Positions 17,026 through 26,725 of a DNA stretch of 64,000 bases are shown piece by piece. The notes below the pieces were generated by a model that searched no databases, was not told the origin of the DNA, and saw only the letters and a list, made by a program, of their open reading frames with translations. Both the position numbers and the translations under genes were made by a program. The DNA is from Candidatus Levyibacteriota bacterium (GTDB lineage Bacteria > Patescibacteriota > Microgenomatia > Levybacterales > UBA12049), in the NCBI GenBank assembly GCA_016186625.1, contig JACPLG010000007.1:10426-74425 (forward strand), given 5' to 3'. Every line of letters begins with the position of its first letter. Within the stretch, counting starts at the first letter, position 1.

Positions 17026-18522
17026 ATGCTTAAAAAATTTTCAATAAGCCTCAGGATAAGATTACTGATCTCAATTGCAGTAGCTTCCTTAGTTATCGCT
17101 CCACAAATCGTTGCATTTCTAATTACTCCAAGTATGTACGTATTTAATGGCATAAACACAATTTCTAATTTCAACGATGTTGAAGGAGTTTACTTCTCAG
17201 TGATTAAACAGTCTTCTGAGGGTGGCTTCAAATATATTAATCAATTTGACTTTGGCTCAACCCCATTTTTTCTTTACCCCGTTTATTTAGTCCTCGGAAA
17301 AATTGCAGCACTTGGTAATTTATCAATACCATTTGTATACCACCTGTCTTCTCTCATTCTCTCTTTCACTTTTTCTATGTTCCTCTTTAAGTTTTTATCC
17401 CTATTTTTCACTAAAGTCAAAGAAGTATTTTTAGCCTTTTTATTAATTAATTTTGGTGGAGTATTGTTAATGATTGTTCCCGAAGCTAATGTTTTTGTTA
17501 GCTACACCTTCCCGCATTTTATAGTTGCTCAGATGTCTCTTTTTATATCCATCTATTTTCTAATAAGATATGCTTCTTATCAAAACCCCCTGAACCTATT
17601 TGTCATTTTTTTTGCAACTTTTATCCTTTCTATGGTTCATCCCTGGATGAGTCTTCTTTTAGGAGTTTCATATTTTATATGGGCAACTTACTTATTCCAG
17701 AGAAACGGTAATCCTAGATATTATTTGCCAATGATTGCAATCCTAGCCGCTTCAGTTCCTTGGCTGTATTTTTATAGTTCAAATGTTTTTTGGACAACAT
17801 TTCCCTTAAAGTCAAAAATAGTTTTGTTGCCTCTCATTTTCGGGCCCTTTTTATTCCTGGCAATACTAGGTCTGTTTAATATTAAATTCAAGAAGAAAAT
17901 AGACTCTTTCATATTCTTAAGAATTTGGCTTTTAACTCAAGTTGTCTTCATGTATCTTCCTTTTGCATTCCAAAGGAGGTTTTCTGAAGGAATCTCTGTA
18001 CCAATTGCAATCTTTGCTGTATTAGGCATAAAGAAACTGATAAATTTCCATGCTCCTTCTAAGCCACTAATAGTTATAACTCTGCCATTTTTATTTACCT
18101 TCATTTTTGTCTATCCTTTAATTAATATTTTCTGGTTAATAGATAATAAAGATGTATACAAAACTCCCGGAGAAATAAATGCAGCTAAATACCTAGATCA
18201 AAATGGTGGGTTTGATAAAAGAATTTTATCTTCTCCTTACAATGGTAATTTCATTGCAGGAAGGGCGAAAATCTCAGTTTACCTAGGCCATGGAACACAA
18301 ACACCTAATTTTGACCAAAAATTGATTATTACTGCCAGTTTCTATAAAGGAGAAACGAGTAAAAAGGAAAGGGAGGAATTTCTTAAGAAAGAAAGCATTT
18401 GTTATATTTACGTAGGTCCTCAAGAAACTCAAGTTCTAAAGATAAACTTAGATAAAGAGACGTACATTCAGAAGGTTTTCCATGAAAATGAAATCTCTTT
18501 GTATAAACTCAAAATCTGTTAG
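17026..18522 (+). CDS. Multi-pass GT-C-like membrane protein
   Basis: DVEGVYFSVIKQ, FPHF, VHPW and VYLGHGTQTPNF motifs; many TM segments. Confidence 0.6.
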   Translation: MLKKFSISLRIRLLISIAVASLVIAPQIVAFLITPSMYVFNGINTISNFNDVEGVYFSVIKQSSEGGFKYINQFDFGSTPFFLYPVYLVLGKIAALGNLSIPFVYHLSSLILSFTFSMFLFKFLSLFFTKVKEVFLAFLLINFGGVLLMIVPEANVFVSYTFPHFIVAQMSLFISIYFLIRYASYQNPLNLFVIFFATFILSMVHPWMSLLLGVSYFIWATYLFQRNGNPRYYLPMIAILAASVPWLYFYSSNVFWTTFPLKSKIVLLPLIFGPFLFLAILGLFNIKFKKKIDSFIFLRIWLLTQVVFMYLPFAFQRRFSEGISVPIAIFAVLGIKKLINFHAPSKPLIVITLPFLFTFIFVYPLINIFWLIDNKDVYKTPGEINAAKYLDQNGGFDKRILSSPYNGNFIAGRAKISVYLGHGTQTPNFDQKLIITASFYKGETSKKEREEFLKKESICYIYVGPQETQVLKINLDKETYIQKVFHENEISLYKLKIC

Positions 18523-18527
18523 TTTTT

Positions 18528-19088
18528 TTAGACCTCGTATTTATAGATTTTGGCTCTCTCGTGTTCGAATGAGGACATCTGAAGTTGCGTCATTTTTTCA
18601 AAATAGCGCCTAATGGGCCGAAGGCTGTTTCCCGAAGCGCAGATAAAAATGACGTCATTTTGCCAGACGTTTTGAAGAAGCTCTTTGAGAAACTCTAAAA
18701 CTCTTTCTTCAACCTGTTTTAGGCTCTCGCCTCCCGGAGGAGGAGTGTCATAGCCCCTGTGCCAGGCTGGATATTCTTTGGGGTAAAGCTCGGCTGTTTT
18801 TTTCTTACTTTTTCCGGTAAGATCCCCATAATCCCTCTCTCTAATTCTTGGATCTGCAACTACAACTTCTGTTCCGCCGTGTGGCTCTAAGACAATTTCC
18901 AGGGTGTGCTTTGTCCGTTTATTTGGAGCGCAAAATGCCTTGGTAACTTTTTCTTTTTTTAGCTCGTCTCTTATTTTTTTTGCTTCCTCCAAACCTTGTG
19001 GCGTTAAATCCGGGTCGCGGCGTCCTGAAAAAATGCCGTCTTTGTTGTCTGTTGTCTGGGCATGACGGAAAACAAATAATTTTGCCAT
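18528..19088 (-). CDS. gpmA: Histidine phosphatase / dPGM-type phosphoglycerate mutase
   Basis: FRHAQTTDN..FSGRRD, ERDYGDLTG, PPPGGESL, SGNSLR. Confidence 0.7.
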   Translation of the reverse strand: MAKLFVFRHAQTTDNKDGIFSGRRDPDLTPQGLEEAKKIRDELKKEKVTKAFCAPNKRTKHTLEIVLEPHGGTEVVVADPRIRERDYGDLTGKSKKKTAELYPKEYPAWHRGYDTPPPGGESLKQVEERVLEFLKELLQNVWQNDVIFICASGNSLRPIRRYFEKMTQLQMSSFEHERAKIYKYEV

Positions 19089-19095
19089 GATATAT

Positions 19096-19168
19096 TAGGG
19101 TGTAGGGCGTAGGTGGTAGGGTGTAGTTCGAATCAAACTAAACGCTATACGCTAAACCCTATTCGCTA
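19096..19168. repeat. TAGGGTG/AACGCTA heptamer inverted-repeat element (family F)
   Basis: tagggtgtagggcgtaggtggtagggtgtag...ctaaacgctatacgctaaaccctattcgcta; related arms at 12979, 19961, 47208, 56879, 6040. Confidence 0.75.
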
Positions 19169-19169
19169 A

Positions 19170-19958
19170 ATGAAATTGCTTGATCTTATTTTCCCAAAAT
19201 ATTGTGTTAATTGCAAAAAATTCGGCGATTATCTTTGTCCTGATTGTTTTTCCCGTCTCTCATTTGATACAAAAAATATCTGTTTGGCATGCGGAAATCC
19301 TTCTTTTGACGGTTTGACTCATCCAAGGTGCAGTAGCCGTTATCGAATAGATGGCTCATTCACAGGAGTTGTTTTTAATCCTATCTCAAAAAAGCTAATT
19401 TATCAATTCAAATACAAGCCTTATTTATCCGGTTTGTCATCGTTTTTAACAGATTTACTTTATGAATCTCTTATTCAAAATGAAGAGTTTAATAAGGTTC
19501 TTCGTTTGCCATTGATGCTTGTTCCAATTCCTCTTAGCCCGAAACGATTTAAAAAAAGAGGATATAACCAGGCTGAAATTCTGGCAAAAAGTCTTTCCAA
19601 AAAGTTTGGTTCCCCGGTTGTTAATTACCTTGTTCGAACGAGAGAAACTCGTTCGCAAGTTGGTTTAACCAAAGAAAAGAGGAAAGAAAATGTTTCCGGC
19701 GCATTTGCATTGAGGAAAAATGTTCGGGGTCCTGCCACTCGTTTCCCTCCCGCCAGTGCTCGTTCACGAAACACTGACATCCGCGCTGTCTGGAGCCCTT
19801 CCACTCCTGTCACCCCTCACATTTTAATTGAAAATAAAAATATAATTCTAATTGACGATGTTTTGACAACTGGTTCTACTTTCTCCGAAGCTGGAAATGT
19901 TTTGAAAAGAGCTGGAGCTGCAAAAGTCTGGGCAATTGCCTTTGCAAGGGAACAATGA
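19170..19958 (+). CDS. comF: ComF family protein (Zn ribbon + phosphoribosyltransferase) with ~36-aa insertion
   Basis: LIFPKYCVNC..LCPDC, VPIPLS..RFKKRGYNQAE, ILIDDVLTTGST. Confidence 0.9.
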   Translation: MKLLDLIFPKYCVNCKKFGDYLCPDCFSRLSFDTKNICLACGNPSFDGLTHPRCSSRYRIDGSFTGVVFNPISKKLIYQFKYKPYLSGLSSFLTDLLYESLIQNEEFNKVLRLPLMLVPIPLSPKRFKKRGYNQAEILAKSLSKKFGSPVVNYLVRTRETRSQVGLTKEKRKENVSGAFALRKNVRGPATRFPPASARSRNTDIRAVWSPSTPVTPHILIENKNIILIDDVLTTGSTFSEAGNVLKRAGAAKVWAIAFAREQ

Positions 19959-20037
19959 TCTTAGCTGTTAGCAACTAGCTTCTAGCGTCTAGTTATTGTT
20001 GACTTTGGACGGCGAAATATGATAATATACGCACATT

Positions 20038-20436
20038 GGGGATGCATCGCATCGACAAGATTAGTTCTTTAAAAACTGCAAGCCGTCAACGATTAAAAAG
20101 ACGTTAACTTTGATCAAAAATTAAATGCTATAAAAGCGTTTAAAGCTAATGTTTTGGCTTTTGCCAGAACACTTAGCGCTCCATTTGCAGCACCGGCATT
20201 AGCCTTTGCTTAAATAGAGCTGTTCATTATATCTTCCTCAGGTGAGACATTTTGAGCATAAACTTAGCCTGAGAAACTGTAAGGAAGGCGGTTAGGTCCT
20301 TATTGTATTTATAACCTCGGCTCTTTTTATGGATGTTGATTTTCAAAGAAAAGAGTGATCAAAAAAATAATCAACTATGCTTGTAGAAGTTTTTAAACGC
20401 AATTCTTGCACTCGGGATCACTTCCCGACATCTCCA
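20038..20436 (+). ncRNA. ssrA: tmRNA
   Basis: 5' GGGGATG...TCGAC and 3' CATCTCCA; internal tag ORF ending ALAFA*; next to smpB; TTGACT upstream. Confidence 0.9.
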
Positions 20437-20437
20437 C

Positions 20438-20469
20438 AAAAAGCCCTGACATAGTGTTCAGGGTTTTTT
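20438..20469. terminator. Bidirectional intrinsic terminator between ssrA and smpB
   Basis: aaaaagccctga-catagtgt-tcagggtttttt. Confidence 0.7.
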
Positions 20470-20908
20470 ATTGGGATCCTGCGAGTTCTTGTTCTATATC
20501 TCGATTAAGATCTGCTCTTTTTTTAGCCTCTTTTTTGTCATATTGGCGTTTGCCTTTTCCAAGGCCTACCTCAACTTTAATCAACCCGTGTTTGTCATAA
20601 AGCGAAATAGGCACCAAGCTGGTGTTTGATCCTTCAGTTTTTCCCTTGAGTGAAATTATTTCTTTTTTATGGAGCAAAAGCTTTCTGGTTCTTGTTTCCT
20701 GATAGTTTTCCGGCCGGGCGTATTCGTATGGAAAAATTTTGGCATTAATTAGATATGCCTCGCTTCCCATAATGCGAACAAAGCTTCCGGTCAGGTCCGC
20801 ATGACCCATTTTAACAGCCTTAACTTCAGCTCCATTAAGATTTATGCCAGCCTCAAACTTATCCCCGATAAGATAATCATAAAATGCGCGTCTATTAGTG
20901 ATTTTCAT
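20468..20908 (-). CDS. smpB: SsrA-binding protein
   Basis: NRRAFYDY...FEAGINLNGAEVKAVK, RTRKLLLHKKEI, GKGKRQYDK. Confidence 0.97.
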   Translation of the reverse strand: MKITNRRAFYDYLIGDKFEAGINLNGAEVKAVKMGHADLTGSFVRIMGSEAYLINAKIFPYEYARPENYQETRTRKLLLHKKEIISLKGKTEGSNTSLVPISLYDKHGLIKVEVGLGKGKRQYDKKEAKKRADLNRDIEQELAGSQ

Positions 20909-20914
20909 ATAGTT

Positions 20915-21002
20915 CAATTGTTACATTGTTCGATTGCTGCTCGGCTTGCCTCGCTTATTGTTGAACAGTTAGCAATTAAACAATAGAGCAATGGAGCAAT
21001 TG
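20915..21002. repeat. 8-mer CAAT repeat hairpin element (family E)
   Basis: caattgttacattgttcgattg...gcaattaaacaatagagcaatggagcaattg; inverted homolog at 58624-58698. Confidence 0.75.
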
Positions 21003-21029
21003 CTTTCCAATCATAGCCCAAAAGAGGGT

Positions 21030-22910
21030 TTACTTCAAATCGATTTGGTAGACTTTGCCACCGGAGAGAATAAAGATTTTTTTGCCGGTTTCGTCAACAT
21101 CAAGATCTTTTGCATTTTTTATGACACCGGCTGAATAAGCAGACACAAATTTACCATCTTTGTCAAGAACGATCACTCTTGAATTACCATTGTCCAGAAT
21201 ATAGATATTGTCCGAATCTTCGTTGGTGGCTATTCGAGAAGGTTTGGACATTGCTTTTTCAACCCCTGAAACAGAGAATGAATCCTCTTTCCCTCTTGTA
21301 TATTTTTTAATAGAGCCATCATCAAGGAGAATATAGACTGATCCATCAATTGCCATGGCAATACTACTTCCCAGATCAGGAGCCTCTGAAAAATAATCAG
21401 TTTTGTTGTAAGCGCTTTCTGAGGCTCCAACAAATTTCAATATCCCATCTCGCCTGTCTAGCACATAAACATTAGAGCCAAACAGACCAATTCCGCCCTC
21501 CTCTTTCCAATCCTTTTTTATGATTTGCTCTTTTTCATTGTTTCCTTTATCAATTCGAGACACTCCAGAGGAGTCAACAAAATAAATAAAATCCTCATTT
21601 TGGGCAAAATATGTGGCTTTTGGATTGTCAATTTCTACTAAGAGGAGCTTGCTTTCAGACTTTTCTACTTCTTTTGCTGAAACAATCTGTCCATCGGTGC
21701 TTGCGGAAACCTCTTTATTAACCTGTGCGAGAAGGTCTTCAATTTGTTTATCTTCCGTTGAACCCTGCCTAAACCTGTCTTTGTTTTCATCCAATATTTT
21801 CTTGGCTTCCCTAAAACTTTCCTGTGCAAGAGGCGCATTTAAATCTTTTAAGTTTTGTCCCTCGTCATATTTTTCCTGAGCTGAAGTAATTACGCTCTCA
21901 AAAAGTTCTTTGTCCGCTTGAGACTGTCTTCCTGTGAGAGCTAAAAATGCGCTTGCAGCAATAAGAACAATTAAAACTCCGGCAATAGTTAGCGCCACTC
22001 TTCTTCTATGAGATAAGGGATAAGGCAGTCTTTTTACCAAACCTAAGCCAAAACCAAACGAGACTCTCCTTCTTCTGGGCAACTGATCAGATAAAAATGG
22101 AGAAGTTGGCTCCATTGCCTCTTCTACCTCATCAATTGGAAAAGTCTCCGGCTGGGGTTCTTGTACGGGCTCTGACACTTGGTCTATATCCTCTGGAGGA
22201 GTCTTTGCAAGAGTCTGATCACTTGAAGTAATTTGCTCTTTCTCCTCTAAGGCCTCGTCTTCTATTTCGGTTTCTGGCTCTTCGGAGGGAGGAGTCATTT
22301 CTTCAAGACCGGCCTTTTTATATAAAAGTATAATTGATGAGGCAGCGCCTTCCGGCTTTTCATGCAAATGTGGCGCTAAGCTTTCCGCAATATCCTCTGG
22401 GTTGTTATGATCAAGAGACGAGGCTAAAATAGACTGTGGAATTACTTTCTGGAAAGATTTTGTCTCAAGAATAATTATATCTTCCTCCTGAACGTATCCC
22501 GAAGCAGACTTAATAGTTTGGGTTTCATCAGCCTCAAGAACAGTCCCAATTTTGTCCCCACTCTTAAGAACAGCTTTACCGCCACCTGTAGCAAAAAGAT
22601 AAAGGACATTTTCACTAAGATAACAAAGAATCATGGAAAGTTTGATGTCTTCTCTTATTTTCCCAACAGTAGTAGTGATGGCTTGTTTTATGGACTGAAG
22701 ATCTTTTTTTTCAAGTGTAAAAAATTCGCTTTCAAGTGTTGAAATTAAATCTTTGCCAATAGAATTTAGATGTTCCCCTCCGGCCTCTGGGATAATATCA
22801 GTCTCAAGAGAAAAGGCAGCAAAGAGGCGTCCTGCGCTATATGCCTGAGACCAGGCTCCTGGCGTAGGTGTTGCGACAACTTTACTAAAATTTAAATTTG
22901 TTTCTGCCAT
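21030..22910 (-). CDS. Membrane protein: degenerate PP2C-like N-domain, TM, C-terminal beta-propeller (NHL-like)
   Basis: Central TM; repeats such as NIYILDNGNSRVIVLDKDG and NVYVLDRRDGILKF. Confidence 0.6.
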   Translation of the reverse strand: MAETNLNFSKVVATPTPGAWSQAYSAGRLFAAFSLETDIIPEAGGEHLNSIGKDLISTLESEFFTLEKKDLQSIKQAITTTVGKIREDIKLSMILCYLSENVLYLFATGGGKAVLKSGDKIGTVLEADETQTIKSASGYVQEEDIIILETKSFQKVIPQSILASSLDHNNPEDIAESLAPHLHEKPEGAASSIILLYKKAGLEEMTPPSEEPETEIEDEALEEKEQITSSDQTLAKTPPEDIDQVSEPVQEPQPETFPIDEVEEAMEPTSPFLSDQLPRRRRVSFGFGLGLVKRLPYPLSHRRRVALTIAGVLIVLIAASAFLALTGRQSQADKELFESVITSAQEKYDEGQNLKDLNAPLAQESFREAKKILDENKDRFRQGSTEDKQIEDLLAQVNKEVSASTDGQIVSAKEVEKSESKLLLVEIDNPKATYFAQNEDFIYFVDSSGVSRIDKGNNEKEQIIKKDWKEEGGIGLFGSNVYVLDRRDGILKFVGASESAYNKTDYFSEAPDLGSSIAMAIDGSVYILLDDGSIKKYTRGKEDSFSVSGVEKAMSKPSRIATNEDSDNIYILDNGNSRVIVLDKDGKFVSAYSAGVIKNAKDLDVDETGKKIFILSGGKVYQIDLK

Positions 22911-23062
22911 TTCGTCGTCGGATCACAGCTTCCTGTCTTCATTGCGAACTTTAGTTCGCAATTTTGACTTCTTGCTGGATCCTCCTCTTCAAAATCCTTC
23001 GGATTTTGAGAAAATCTCGCTTACGCTCGATTTTAAAAAATTATTGCCTTATAAACAATAAT

Positions 23063-23290
23063 TTATAAAACAATAAGGGCAGCAACAAAAATTGAAATTC
23101 CAATAATAACGTTAAGTAATGCAATACTGTTGAGTAAAGACGAAGAAGTTCCGTCATTTACTACTGCCTGCATTGCCCTAGATTGCTTATAAACAACAAG
23201 AAGAAACCCAACATACATTCCGTTAACAATAAGGAATATAACTTTAATTAAAGTTAGGGCAGAGAATATGTTAAAAATTTGATCAAACAT
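23063..23290 (-). CDS. Small two-TM membrane protein
   Basis: Hydrophobic ORF overlapping the stop of the upstream gene. Confidence 0.6.
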   Translation of the reverse strand: MFDQIFNIFSALTLIKVIFLIVNGMYVGFLLVVYKQSRAMQAVVNDGTSSSLLNSIALLNVIIGISIFVAALIVL

Positions 23291-24002
23291 GAATATGTTG
23301 AACTTTTCCAATCAAATCATTAATGATGTTAATTATTCTCTCAGGATGGGGGACAGCAAGAAATTCGAAGTTTGCCGCCGGACCTGCCGTATGTATATGG
23401 ACATCTCCGTAGTCAAAAATCGAGCGAATTATTCCTACCTGTTTATAACCAACATCTTCTACCTGGCTCAACTTGGTAGCATCTACATTTTCAAACACTA
23501 AGCTTGAAAAGTCAATATCTATTATTCGTTTGTCAGTAACCAGTCCAATGTTGTAAAACCAGGTTAAATAATTAACGAATATAAATCCCACTACAAAAAA
23601 ATAATAAAGAAGAAGAATCATGAAAATATAAATAGGAGGGAGAAAATTAATTGGTAAACCCCCAAATTGCGTAATGGCAATGAAAATAAACGGAGAAATT
23701 ACCAGTGCTAGGGCTGAAACGATCCAAGGTACATTGGTAATAAAATGTTTTCGCAAAAATAATAAAAGCTCTTCATTTTCAAGTCGATCGGCAAAGGTCA
23801 CTCCAAGAGGCCTTTCACAATACGCTGTAGTCAGATGATTATGAGAATGACCTTCGTTACCCTCAAATTCTATTATTTGTTTTCTTAAATCTATGCTCTT
23901 TAGTTCTTTGTTTTTTCTTTTCTCTTCCGCCTTGCTCTCTGTTATCTCCTCACTTTTAGGGTTGTCGTTTTTTAATGTATTTCCGACAAAAATATCAGGC
24001 AT
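23283..24002 (-). CDS. Bacterial PH-domain membrane protein
   Basis: LRKHFITN, two TMs, LVTDKRIIDIDF, IFDYGDVHIHTAG. Confidence 0.8.
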   Translation of the reverse strand: MPDIFVGNTLKNDNPKSEEITESKAEEKRKNKELKSIDLRKQIIEFEGNEGHSHNHLTTAYCERPLGVTFADRLENEELLLFLRKHFITNVPWIVSALALVISPFIFIAITQFGGLPINFLPPIYIFMILLLYYFFVVGFIFVNYLTWFYNIGLVTDKRIIDIDFSSLVFENVDATKLSQVEDVGYKQVGIIRSIFDYGDVHIHTAGPAANFEFLAVPHPERIINIINDLIGKVQHIHV

Positions 24003-24030
24003 TGTAAAAATAGTAAATAGTAAATAGTAA

Positions 24031-24190
24031 ATATTTTTCAGAATACTCAGAAGTTTACTCAGATCGTCAGAAAAAATCAGACAATCAGATAATCAGAAAT
24101 CCGGAACTCTGAAACACTGATTCTCTGAAAATATCTGGTACTCTGAGTTTTCCGAGTTTTCTGGGCAGGGAGAACGAGCGACAGGACCCC
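24031..24190. repeat. Family A element (empty); near-identical inverted copy of 27345-27567
   Basis: Reverse complement matches 27345-27567 apart from a few substitutions and a 64-nt insert. Confidence 0.9.
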
Positions 24191-24240
24191 GAGCGGAGAT
24201 CGATGATTTAACATGCGACAATTATAGCATTCTCCTGCAA

Positions 24241-25923
24241 TTATTTTCTCTCAATATTATAAAGGGGACCGACTATTTGAATATTGGCTGGAGCGCGCAA
24301 ATTAAAGTATGTTTTAAAATCAGAGCCGGAAAAAGTTTGAGAACCTGAGTTGCCAACTATTGTTATTGAACTTACTCTTCCACCACCAAAATCGGCAGAA
24401 ACCGTTACGCTTGAAACGCTGGTAAAAGGCGTCCCGCCACGACTTCCTAGCTCTTGTCTTACTCTTGCGCCGTCCCAAGTGTCAGTCCCTGCCGGGTTGG
24501 GCTTATCAATTTGATATAAATGTTCTCTTGTCCCGCCATCTCTGGCAACTAGCATTAAAACATTTACAATGTCGGCTACCTCTTCAGATTTTAGCCAAGC
24601 AGTTTTATTGTACTCCGTCCTAGATCCCCAATCGCAGTAAAACCATGGAGAATCTTTATCATAAGCATTTGACGAAAGATCGGAAAATCCTGAGGCTGAT
24701 CCACTGGTAGTATCTGTTGCGTGTTTTGTCCAAGAAGTATCATTCCAGCCAATTTCTCCTGTTGTAAATATATATCCGCCATGTGTTGAAGAGTACCAAG
24801 ACTTTATCGGGTTTCCACCCTGAACCATTACCCATCCCCGAGTTTCATTAACAGCTTGTTCCCAGCGCCCGCCCTTGGGATCTGGTTTAAATACCTGACA
24901 ACTTTGAGTTGTACAAATTGACCCCGCTCCGTTATTTGTATAAGCAAGCGCATAAGACCGCGCCGCAACGGCTTGCGCTTTTAAAGCCTCCATCTCCCAA
25001 GACTCTGGCATTTCATAAATTCTTTTAACATAGTCCTCTATGTTATACGCTCCGTATCCATCTACATTGATATTGATATCGGCTGAATAGTCTTTCTTAA
25101 GTTCAAAGTTTTGATAATAAGCATTTAGTATTGTTTCTGCATTTTGCCCTGCTTTTGCTCTTCCATTTGCGCCATATTGATTTAAGCCTGTCCTATTGGG
25201 AACTCCATAAGTAAAGAAAGCGAATGCATTCGAAAAACCAGGATCTTTGTCTCTATCATCAACACAGCCTGCAAGGATTGTTCCCGCGGATCTTGGAATA
25301 TTAAGGCTTGCAAGTCGCTGCGATAATATCTGTTGCTGGCGGGCTGAAAGGGCTGCAATTTGACCGGAGAGAACTGCCTGGTATTTTTTTGCATCAGTTA
25401 CAATCTTATCAAGTCTGACTTTTATTTCTGCTAATCTTTTCTGCTCATCTTCAAGACTTGCCTTTTTTTCCTCGAGACTATTTATAAGAAGGGCGATGTT
25501 GGTGATTATTAGTTTATCTTTGTCTGCCGTAGCTCTCTGATAGGCAAGCACTTGGGTTAATTCGCTAGCTGAGCTTGCCGAGAGAAGAAGAAGCAGTGGG
25601 GAATTATAGTAGCTTTTGATGTAATAATTCCTTATTGCCAGGTTTAATTTTTCTGTTTGTTTTTCTAAATCTTTATAACCTTTTTCAATGTCATTCCTCT
25701 TTCTAATAAGATCATTTTCAATAAAGGCAACGCGATTCTTAATTACATTCAATTGCTGCTCAACTGGAGCGGTTGCGGCTTTTGACTGATTAAGAGCAGC
25801 TGTTAGCTCACTTATTTGTTTATTAATGTCATCAAGCTCATCTCCCCAAACCTTAGTAATGCCAATAAAAAGAGACAGCGCAAAAAGAAAAGAGAATAAA
25901 AAAAGAATGTGTTTGGGCATCAA
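24241..25923 (-). CDS. Coiled-coil + SpoIID/LytB domain protein
   Basis: EMPESWEMEALKAQAVAARSYA, CTTQSCQVF, YSSTHGG. Confidence 0.85.
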   Translation of the reverse strand: MMPKHILFLFSFLFALSLFIGITKVWGDELDDINKQISELTAALNQSKAATAPVEQQLNVIKNRVAFIENDLIRKRNDIEKGYKDLEKQTEKLNLAIRNYYIKSYYNSPLLLLLSASSASELTQVLAYQRATADKDKLIITNIALLINSLEEKKASLEDEQKRLAEIKVRLDKIVTDAKKYQAVLSGQIAALSARQQQILSQRLASLNIPRSAGTILAGCVDDRDKDPGFSNAFAFFTYGVPNRTGLNQYGANGRAKAGQNAETILNAYYQNFELKKDYSADININVDGYGAYNIEDYVKRIYEMPESWEMEALKAQAVAARSYALAYTNNGAGSICTTQSCQVFKPDPKGGRWEQAVNETRGWVMVQGGNPIKSWYSSTHGGYIFTTGEIGWNDTSWTKHATDTTSGSASGFSDLSSNAYDKDSPWFYCDWGSRTEYNKTAWLKSEEVADIVNVLMLVARDGGTREHLYQIDKPNPAGTDTWDGARVRQELGSRGGTPFTSVSSVTVSADFGGGRVSSITIVGNSGSQTFSGSDFKTYFNLRAPANIQIVGPLYNIERK

Positions 25924-25985
25924 CGGTATTATACCAAATCAAGTGTTGATGATTGAAATTTATTGTGATATAGTAAGCCAAAATT

Positions 25986-26546
25986 ATGGAAGAGATCTCT
26001 TATTCCGGAGGGAGAGTTCCTATAAGAAGAAGAGTCCCAAAAAGACTTGCTCTTTTTGGCATATTTTTTCTTATCATACTTCTACTTTTGGGAAGTGTTG
26101 CATATTTTGCTACCAGAGGAAGCTCCAACGATCAAGTCACAGAGTCGATTACTCTGCCAGAAGAGTCCGAACCAGAAATAACCGAAGAAGAGCCGACTCC
26201 GGAGGAATCTCCCGAGCCAACTGAAGAAGAAGAGCCAACTCCTACTCCCACAAGAGCTTCAACGCAAACCTCGTCTGGCACAGTTTCGGTTCAGAACGGA
26301 AGCGGGGAAACAGGAGTTGCCGCAGCTGCTGCAGCGGTTCTTCGTGACGGCGGATTTTCAATTGCATCAACTGGAAACGCGGATAATTTTGACTACACTG
26401 ATGTGACAATCCAAGTCAAAAATTCAAAAAAGAGCATTTTATCTTTACTTCAAGATGCCCTTTCTTCGGATTACACAATTGGTAAAACCTCAACAGACCT
26501 TCCGGAAAGCTCAGGCTATGACGCCCTGGTTATTATTGGAAAATAG
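25986..26546 (+). CDS. Membrane-anchored LytR C-terminal domain protein
   Basis: TM, PT/E-rich linker, VQNGSGETGVA...TGNADNFDY...DALVIIGK. Confidence 0.85.
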   Translation: MEEISYSGGRVPIRRRVPKRLALFGIFFLIILLLLGSVAYFATRGSSNDQVTESITLPEESEPEITEEEPTPEESPEPTEEEEPTPTPTRASTQTSSGTVSVQNGSGETGVAAAAAAVLRDGGFSIASTGNADNFDYTDVTIQVKNSKKSILSLLQDALSSDYTIGKTSTDLPESSGYDALVIIGK

Positions 26547-26725
26547 GACTTTTTAAAGCTTTGATGTCGCTTGCAAAATTTTCTTGGAGACGCTCCGCTC
26601 GCGTCGGCTAGGTCCTTTAATCCCGACGCTGCTTCGCTTGCCCTCCTGCGAAAATTTCGCAAGCTCCATACGCCTTTTCCCTTTGGTACTTGTGGTACTT
26701 TTGATACCCGTGATACCCTTACAAT

